A DNA stretch of 64,000 nt from Octopus bimaculoides. Lineage: Eukaryota. Both the position numbers and the translations under genes were made by a program. A model generated the notes under the pieces. That model did no database searches and was not told the DNA's origin. It saw nothing but the letters and a program-made list of their open reading frames with translations. Below are positions 54,801 to 64,000 of this stretch, one piece after another. The number at the start of each line of letters is the position of its first letter. Position 1 is the first letter of the stretch. Location of the stretch: positions 10,324,310 to 10,388,309 of the forward strand of contig NC_068990.1 of the NCBI RefSeq assembly GCF_001194135.2, in the 5' to 3' direction.

Positions 54801-55271
54801 ATCGACATAATAGTCACAGCTCCTGTCACGTAATTGTTGTCCGTTTTCCCACGTTTGAACCAATATTTTATACCCAATGAAAATCGGCATGAAATTTAAC
54901 ATCGATTTCTCCGTGGCCCTAATATATTCCGTCCTTACAAATCACAATTATTATCATCTTTTATTTTGTATTAGAGATATCCTTGTAGTAAAGATTGGTT
55001 GTATTATATCATGGTGTTACTTAGTCATTCAACATAAGAATTGTAGATATGATAAAATTAAGTTACATAAACGAAAGTGATTCCACAGACGAGAAATTGT
55101 GTTGTTTTAAGGATGTGTTATTGGGACTCACTCGAAGAAATCATTTATATCTAATCCATAGTTGATGCACGTAATTGATACCTATGTGTGTATTCAAAAC
55201 GTCTAGAAATGTTAATTGTTTCCCTTTAGGTTTCTAAAGCTAAACATCGGTTTCAAATATCGTTTTTGTTT

Positions 55272-55356
55272 TGGTGGGGTGTTAGTCCATTACATTGACC
55301 CCGTTGCTCAACTGGTATTTTTTGCATCGACTCTGCAGAAATGAAACGTAAAGTCC
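55272..55356 (-). mobile_element. SINE family A fragment
   Basis: cattacattgaccccgttgctcaactggtattttttgcatcgac..atgaaacgtaaagtc. Confidence 0.7.
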
Positions 55357-55389
55357 ATAATTCTCAATGACCGATCGTTTTCGCTAAAG

Positions 55390-56460
55390 GATTGGACAAA
55401 TTGCTGCTGGAAGACGTGCAAATTTACTTGGAACCGTGCATTGTATGCCTATTCGGAGCATTCACTCACTGAATTGTGATTTTTCGTCACATCGTGGCTT
55501 CTAAACACCTGACTCCATCAACTGGCTTGCATTTCCGCTTGTTTTAACCACCGAGTTCTAGCCTTCTTAACGTAACGAATCCGTCTTGTTGGCATTGAAG
55601 TAATGGTCGATTGCCATTCTTGTCAGCAGCACGACGATCGCAACACCACTAGCTAATTGTTCTTCTAATGTTTTCTCTCTTTCACTTTGCCGTTAGTAAT
55701 TGCTATCTTGAATTTCACTTTGCAGTGTTTTCCATCACCTGTTATTCACTATTGTGCCTGCCAAACGTCTCTTAACTAGCTCGCTAAAATGGTTTCGGTA
55801 GTCTTTTCGGTTCGTAAATCTCGCGTCCGGCTCCCAATAGCTAGTTCCCTGCCTATGAGTTCTATCCAAAGTGACCGTGATGACCAAAAGTTAGCAACCT
55901 GCGGAGCCGAATACATTGAATTGTGGACACCCTTATCTACCTTAGTCGCTTAACTTATCGAAATGCTTTAACTACGATCTGGAAGACACATCGCGGTGGT
56001 TCCTAGATCATATTCGCACATTCGGGAAATCTAGTCGTCACCTGTTTGACAGTTGTAAAAATCTGAGAATCCTTTCTAGATTTTGCGTCTCCCTCTATCG
56101 TAACCCTACAGAATCCCATCATAAGCCCAAATGCTCTCTATTTCACTACCAGTACTAAAGACAGGAATCTGTCTTGCAAGTTGACGGGCTCCAGTCTGAA
56201 GTCATTACCTTTACTGTCACTCACATTTAGTATCAGCAATTTACCTATCGAATCGTGGAAGATCGCATGAATATCTAAACCTAAAACTTTCCGACCACAA
56301 GACGTGTACGTCTTATAATTGTCAAACATCGAGCTGAATGCCTTCGTCCCAGAAATTATAGTTTCATTAATGTTTACCATAACAAGGTCAGAGTATCTGA
56401 GGTCGTTGAACAAGTTAACATGCTTGATACATCCTATTCTCTTATTGGAAAAATTAAAAT
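55390..56460 (-). mobile_element. Tx1/L1-type LINE ORF2 endonuclease region, decayed
   Basis: INETIISGTKAFSS, IFHDSIGKLLILNVSDSKG..FRL, RLDFPNVRI*SRN..SSRS*L, LDRTHRQGTSYW, SELVKRRLAGTIVNNR*WK: APE domain followed by the GxxYWK and W motifs typical of L1/Tx1 ORF2. Confidence 0.75.
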
Positions 56461-59003
56461 ACTAATTTATTCACCTACGTCACTTCAAGGAACTTGGAAT
56501 TATGAGTGGTCTGTGTTCTATCGAGGTGGGTGCTCCTTGAAATGTTCTTGAAATAAAATTGTATTTAAAGTTTTTTTACGGAAATCCCCATATCTTTTTT
56601 CCAGCTCATCTTTAAAAGATCATAGTATTTTACTCGGTCCATCACTCGATGAAGATGTTAGATATTATCCCTGTGAGGATTACCCTCCAGTGCGCTTTGT
56701 ATGACAAAAGAGCCTTAGGATATCTTACGTAGTATTGAACTTCATGGGCAGGTTTCGTATCTTCTCTATGACCCGTGTGATAGTTTCAAATAGGAGAAAT
56801 CACAACGAACTAAACTTTATTAAACTGTTCTGCAAGACACATATTCGGAATTTAATGATCGATACGAAATGATTAAATTGAAAATTGTACAGTTATTTTT
56901 CAAGTTTTCTTTTATTTGTCCACATGTTCATTTCCATTAGTAGATATCTGTTTATTTCTATGTTTTGCTAATATATAACAGGAAGGAAATCGATAATTTG
57001 GAAAGAACTGTCAAAACGGATACGTTCAAGATTTTCTTAATTTTGTTGCTTCGGTGTAGTTATTGTTTTCGTTTCTTTTCCATTTGTTTTATTATTTGAA
57101 AATCATTTGCTAAAATAATCAATATCTCCCTATTTGCATTGTGTTCAGATTTATTTAAAATTATTGTTTATCAAGTTACTTTCAGTTCGGGTCATTCCCA
57201 ATGGGAATGTTCCAGGTTTCTGCCTGCATACATTCAATTTCGATTTATATCAGATAGGTTCTTAGTTTTGTTCTGAAAGGAAATAATGGTTTATAATAAA
57301 AGCAATATTTCATAGCGTAATGTTTTACTGGGCGGATAATTATTTTCCGATTTTATCGTGACTTCGTTATGCAGTTTTAGAGTTTATCTCTTGCTGTTTG
57401 TTATGTAGAAATGTTGGGAAGAAGCGTGAATGTTTGTACTTAGACAGGTGCAGAAGATGTTCCGAAATCTACCCCAACATTTTGTGTCGATATCGGCGAT
57501 TGCGTGACTAACTTCTCACGCCAAAGTATTTGCGACCTAATATATGTTATGAATACATTTTTCTACGTATACTCAGACAAAGCATTCGTTGCACCACATG
57601 ATACAAATTATAAACTTTCCGTGACTTATATAAGGCCGATTATGATACATTAGTGCTCAAATATCCGATATAACAGAGAAGTGTGTTTCAACTTGTATTG
57701 AAGTGTTTATTTTGTTTTGGAAAGAAAAAAGGGAACATGAGATAAATGAAAAGACAAAAAAGAAAAAAAAAAGAACAGTGAGTCATGAAGTTTCTTTAAA
57801 GACCGTCGTCTGATTGTTGATTCTGTACTGAAATAAATCCCAAAACATCTGTATTTACAACAAATAATTTTTGAATCATTGTTAGACGGATTCGGAAGTC
57901 TTCCAGTATAAAATTATATAACATAACGTAATATGATATAATCTAATATAATGTGATATATGAAACGACACCCGAAATGTACTATGACTTATATGATGAA
58001 TTAAGAAGACTATTTGTGGTATAATGTTAAAGCTTTTGGTAAAGCATCTTTGAAACTCATATCATACAATGGCTTAATTCTATTTTTTCTATGTTACAGT
58101 TTTATGTAAAGCTATAGAAGTATATCGTTGTTTTCGTTTACTTTATGATTTAACTAATTTTCATACAAAATAATTCTATAGAATATAGTAACCTTTATTC
58201 AATGCTCGAAAGCCGGGGGATGTCTTTTGTTACGAGGTCTTATTGTAGAAAAGGCCATAATTCAAGTTCTGAGCAACGATTTTTGTCGTAACTGCTTTAC
58301 ATGATTACTTGTTATGTTAGTACAATCATTTCTTTTGTCGGTGAATATAACCATAACGTTTTGTTTGTATCATTATCCTACTGCAGCAAATGTTGACATT
58401 TCACTGAACTTTTTAATACTTTAAGGAAAAAGGAAACTCTTTTTAATCTCATATTCTCAAATTACAGGGCGTAGAAAGAAATAATAATGCGTAATCAAAT
58501 GTATTGTATTCTATATATTTTCCACATACATCTTTCTTTTCTTAAGGATTGGATTTGAGAGTTGTGTACTATCACCTATAAGATTATTTCACACATTCAG
58601 AACGTTGTATCTAATCATAAAAGAGTTCGTCATTCTTTATTCAACGAATTTAAAACTAAAAATCAAGCAGTCTGCAGAGGTATTGTTTGTTTTATTGCGA
58701 TGGTCATATTTGTATTGTAAATACCCGGATCAGATACAGAATTATTACAGTGATAGATCACACTATTGACATATTGTGATTTTTGCCAAACATAGCATAA
58801 TGTCACATTAAATATAATCGAAAACAACAGAACCGATTAAATGGATATTGATGAAAAAAAAACGCTATGAACAACCGTGCAAATAGTCTATGTAGCTACA
58901 ATGCATAGTCATCGCTCCCACTGCTAATGTAGTATTGAAATAATATGTAGAGTCACAAACTGAAGGCATTCTTTTCCATCATTAATTGAGACTATATTGT
59001 GTA

Positions 59004-59150
59004 CTAGCAGTATAGCCCGGCGTTGCCCGGGTTTAAGTTAGTGTTATTAAGCTATTCAACAGCTGCTTTCGAGAGAGAATAAAGTTGGTTGACTAGTCAC
59101 TGACACTGAGTCGCATCGACTAGAAACAGAATGCCACATAGGCATTTGTT
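59004..59150 (-). mobile_element. Helitron 3' terminus
   Basis: Minus strand cccgg-gcaacg-ccggg hairpin (59016-59031), 8 nt, then CTAG (59007-59004) followed by target T; internal extent uncertain. Confidence 0.75.
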
Positions 59151-62100
59151 TTTCTATCTTTGATCATAATCTATCAAATGTACTATTTTTCAGTTATAAT
59201 TGTTATAGATTTAAGTTTTATTTTCATAAGTCATGTTTTCAGAAAAGTTTTCCCTGAGTAAATAATTTATTTTGGCTAAAGAATGTGTAATAATTTAAGC
59301 GGAAACTTTCTTTTAGTATGGCTTTATGAAAAACTGAATTGATCAATGTAAGAGGGTTGCTCCAAATATCCAATTAAAGTATTACTATTAACCAAATTCT
59401 GTGACACACAACGTATGAAATACTTCAACGATCCATTCGATAGATCAGCAACTAGATGGCATGAATTGATTCACAGCCTTTATTGAATGCAGAAATGTTA
59501 CTTAGAAGGATATAGCTTGATGGAAAGCATCCCGTTATTGACATTTAAATATGCATACAATCTAAACAGGTATAACTATCACTTTAATCCTGCCGGTAGT
59601 AGTAAATTGGATTGCATATCAATATGTTCCTTTCAACGTAACATAATACGCTTGAGGAAATTGTTATATGTAAAAGGATAGAATTTAAGGTGTACTTTTC
59701 ATTCAGCTTGTTAGCAATTGACAGCACCATTTATGCGATAGTTATCGTAAAAGCTATCAAAACGAATCTATCCTTCGACATCTCACTCTTTTCATTTCAT
59801 CCGGTAACTGAGTCTGTGAGATAACTTAGAAAATGTGATTACATTATCTAACGAAACGCACAGTTAGAATACACACTTACAGATTTTGTGATTCTATTTA
59901 CCTCGCATGTTATTTTGACCGACATGAAATTGGGTTATTTATATATTTTTATTATATAAAGTTGAGAAATATTAATGATATTCATTTTAAGTTATAGACA
60001 ATTGTAGAGATTATACTTCAGATATGGTTATGATTTCAAATCTTCGACCTTAAATTTTGTAAATATGGCATGAAATAAGTAAACTGGTCTCATATGTAGT
60101 TTGATATGGAATGTAAAATAGAATACTGCATATATAGGTAGAAGACAGTTATTTGTGGCTAGGGCTAAGTGGTAACATCGATTTAGCACGTGTGTGGCAC
60201 TTACTACACAAACCTCTACTGGATAAAATATATAATGATAATATGGACAAATTATAAATTTAGAAATGCCGTACGATGATATCATGAATCTACAAATTGC
60301 TGAATGCAGTTGATTAACATTGAGATGCGTTAGGGACTTCTCTCTAGGCAAGCTATTGGAATAAACATGATAGGTTTTATTTCATTCTCATATTCACTAC
60401 GTTGACAACTCATTATCCGGAGACAAATGAAACCTTCACCTACATTTGATTTACAATTCGCTGTGGAAAAACATTAATTCGAACGAATTACATGAATATT
60501 AAAACAGGGACTACTCACTAAATTATACCTATTATGAATTTACCAAAACGTGTTTCATAACACGAGAACTAAAATTTCCAGTGAATTATATATAATTTAT
60601 AAATATTGCTTCGAAGACCACCTGAATATGTTTTACCGTGTTATTAAGATAGTAAACAGCAGGTTGTGAAGATAACAGCTACAATGTTATCTGAAAATAT
60701 TCTATTAGAATTTGTGATGAAAATATATGTTATTAGAAAATTTTTTTCAGTCGAATTCTTTTAAATACAATAAAAATGTATCAATAAATTATATTGACAA
60801 TAGATACTAGTCAATACCAGACTGTGTATTTACTTTATATTTATGTTTCTTTCGATTTATTGCTGTATGTCTGATGCATATATTTACGTATGAATACTGT
60901 AAGAGTATTACGCAAATAGTGAAAACTTGTAAGTGAATATGGACACGTCGCTCGGCTCTTTTCGAAATTACGTTCCTATAAAAGCAATCGGTCCAAATGA
61001 CAGAATAAACTACAACATATCTGTGCTATGACCACCATCCCTTTCCTGTACTGTTGTTGGCAGTTCCTCAGAAAGTAAAATGTTCTAAAGAAAAAATGTA
61101 GATTTAAATCTTCAAATATGAATGTAAATTTAATAATTCCTGAACAAATAAAAGTGAATACAGACGTAACGATACGATCGGTTTATGAGAAACGAACATA
61201 TAATTTTCTACATTTCTCTATCAGATGTTTCATCTTGATGCTCAGTAAAATAAGAAGAATCCATGTTTTACATCTGTTTATGTACAACTCATTTAAATTC
61301 CAAACAAACTGCAAGTATAAAGTGCAAATTGCACCGTGATCGATGCAGCTTTCTTTCATGTTTGTGCTTACTGGTGAAAACGCTTTTCTCTTAAGCATTT
61401 ATCGATTCTACACTTCAAATGTATTTTACCCTATTTCGCAATTTTTCTTGTTTTTTTTTTTTTGATAAATTATATGAAATATATTACATATGAATTTACT
61501 CCGTATAATATATTTGAAATTTGAGAACAGACGCACAGAAACTCAATAACACTAAAGTGGTAAGCAATTTTGTCAGTTGCTGGGATGGATCAATCGACTG
61601 AAGTGCCGCTCTTTAGCTCGTACAACAAAATGTGTAGTTAATATGTATTTTTATAGATGTAGACACGAGGCAAACGGGGAGACAGCATCGAATCAATAGG
61701 AACTTTATTCTATAAATTTACGTTATCGCTGTAGGTATTAATATTCAGTAGCATACATAAGAAAAAAATATGGTTTTAATATTAGTAGAAAATGCAATTT
61801 TGAAAAATTACGTTCCACGATCGAATGAAAATATAAATCAGTGTTAAGGGATGTACTACATGGAAATAATGTAATAAAATGAATATATCAAACTTTATGA
61901 ACAGAGAAACATGATGAAAAGAAAAGAGAAAACTGCTGAACGTGAAATGTAGTGAGTGAAGTCGTAGTGCATAGAAGGAATCTCCTGGCTGACAGTTAAA
62001 ACACATTATCACTAACAACATGCTGCATTAAAACCGATTGAGACAGATTTAATTTAAAGGGATATTCCTTATAACATCACCTCAGGAGATGCGTCTACAA

Positions 62101-62749
62101 CGAGGGATGTACCACAACCAGATGTACAGTATCGCAGCCGCGATCGATCGATGCCGGATTCGTCGAAACGATCGTTATGAGCTATAAAGGTTCTCGTATA
62201 TTCCATTTTCTGTCTCTATCATTTGTTAAATATGTATATATATATATATATATATATNNNNNNNNNNNNNNNNNNNNNNNNNNNNNNNNNNNNNNNNNNN
62301 NNNNNNNNNNNNNNNNNNNNNNNNNNNNNNNNNNNNNNNNNNNNNNNNNNNNNNNNNNNNNNNNNNNNNNNNNNNNNNNNNNNNNNNNNNNNNNNNNNNN
62401 NNNNNNNNNNNNNNNNNNNNNNNNNNNNNNNNNNNNNNNNNNNNNNNNNNNNNNNNNNNNNNNNNNNNNNNNNNNNNNNNNNNNNNNNNNNNNNNNNNNN
62501 NNNNNNNNNNNNNNNNNNNNNNNNNNNNNNNNNNNNNNNNNNNNNNNNNNNNNNNNNNNNNNNNNNNNNNNNNNNNNNNNNNNNNNNNNNNNNNNNNNNN
62601 NNNNNNNNNNNNNNNNNNNNNNNNNNNNNNNNNNNNNNNNNNNNNNNNNNNNNNNNNNNNNNNNNNNNNNNNNNNNNNNNNNNNNNNNNNNNNNNNNNNN
62701 NNNNNNNNNNNNNNNNNNNNNNNNNNNNNATATATATATATATATATAT

Positions 62750-63250
62750 ATATATAATGTGTGTGTGTGTATGTGTGTGCGTGTTTCTTTTATACGGCCA
62801 AATCGCTGGATCAATCTGTACCAAATTTGGCTTGAAAGGTTTTCATAACTCAGAGAAGGTTCTAGAGGGGTGTCAAATTTTGGATCTTGCCCATATAAGG
62901 GCTGTAAACACGCTATACGACCCTTACGATTTTTTGCAGCGGTATAATAGTTTACCTTTTATTCTTCCACTTTTCACAAGACTGTCGTTCACGTTTTTTT
63001 TTTTACTTTTCATAATACTATAACGTTGCTTCACTTTTCATTCACTAGTTTTTTTTCATTTTTATTCTTATTGGCTGTGTGTGTATGCGTGTTTTCGGTG
63101 AACACGACTAAAGCGCGAGATCAGTGTGTATCAAATTTGGCTGCCTGGAAATTACGTCGGTTTTCTTTTGTCGCTTTGAAGGTAAACGATTCTGAAACAC
63201 TTTTTAATTGTGATAATGAAACAAGCGGTTTAAATAAAAAGAAACAGTAA
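62750..63250 (+). mobile_element. Non-autonomous Helitron-like (Lep1/HINE-style) repeat, copy 1
   Basis: (TA)n then (TG)n then acggccaaatcgctggatcaatctgtaccaaatttggc (62794-62831). Confidence 0.55.
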
Positions 63251-63504
63251 GGCTTCTAAATAAAGAAACATCTTCATTTCGACAGACATTTATACACTGT
63301 AGGATACAATAAACTTTTAAAATGTTGAAGTTCAATATTGCCGTGACATCAGTTAGAGATATCGACATGAGTTATTCAAATAATTGTTCGTGGGGTGGAC
63401 CTCGACGTTTCATATATAAATCTGATATGACTATTTCTACTTGGATATTCGTCCTACCTCAGACTCGAGATCGAATCTACAATTTCCTCCTAGGCCATAC
63501 AGCC

Positions 63505-63805
63505 TATTGTTCTGCACGGCCAAACCTCTGGATCAATCTGTACCAAATTTGGCACGAAGATTTTTCCTTACTCGAGGAAGCTACTAGTTTGGGGATGTCA
63601 CTAAATTTTTAACTTTTTCAGAAACAGAAATATGTTTTACATACCTGTCGTGTACGTCAGTTTAAATTTTTTCGCCTTTAAGGTAAACGATTCTGAAAGA
63701 AGCAAACGCGGTATTGAGTAATTCTCTGCAATATGTCTACGACCCACTTCTGTTTTTTTTTTTAAGATAAAGAACTTTTTAGTTATGATAATGAAACAAA
63801 AGATT
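63505..63805 (+). mobile_element. Helitron-like repeat, copy 2
   Basis: 63516-63553 matches 62794-62831 at 36/38; aaggtaaacgattctgaaa shared (63179-63197 and 63680-63698); tgataatgaaacaa shared. Confidence 0.55.
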
Positions 63806-64000
63806 TAGTCCTTACCGCCAAAATTAATTTCTCCAGGGAAGTATAAGGGTGACGATGTCTTCATTCCACGGATTCCATTAATCCCATCTGACATCCCTTA
63901 TGAATTTTAACGGCTCCAGTTCCCAGTAAAACAAAGTCTTGCTATGTCCATAAAAAATATCAGGAATGATCTCTCAACATTGTTCGACTTAACCTTGCTT

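Noticed and set aside
57198-57214. Small perfect hairpins such as cattcccaatgggaatg, catcgtg/cacgatg (about 29525) and cacctgt/acaggtg (about 14765)
   Set aside because: Short inverted repeats are expected by chance in 64 kb; none reaches pre-miRNA length.
57430-57590. EGF-like patterns (minus CWGRFRNIFCTC; plus FCVDIGDCVTN)
   Set aside because: Both strands give comparable matches, showing how easily chance produces them; this is why the EGF findings are down-weighted.
3555-63023. Long ORFs spanning N-runs or microsatellites (poly-X, YIYI, CVCV, ERER, SLSL, poly-L)
   Set aside because: Artefacts of gaps and stop-free simple repeats.
1-64000. CRISPR array, rRNA, snRNA or prokaryotic operon
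   Set aside because: No regularly spaced direct repeats, no recognisable structural-RNA sequence and no gene-dense region.

Overview
AT-rich (roughly one-third GC by eye), repeat-dominated eukaryotic DNA with no intact gene that I can support. The SINE families, dense microsatellites and N-gaps bounded by (TA)n/(CA)n/(GA)n look like an octopus genome (inference from recalled repeat motifs, no search run). Recognisable content is decayed mobile elements: two R4/Dong-type non-LTR retrotransposons ending in (TAA)n, Penelope-like fragments, RTE, CR1 and Tx1/L1 LINE fragments, a mariner remnant with one TIR, Helitron ends, and about 13 tRNA-derived SINE copies or fragments. The best non-routine observation is a minimal type I hammerhead ribozyme motif (25001-25046, minus) inside a short (AAT)n-containing repeat, with one substitution in stem III. 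Weaker leads are Cys-rich, EGF-like relics on the minus strand and a few isolated exon-like segments; these could be chance. Most long ORFs in the track are microsatellite or N-gap artefacts.
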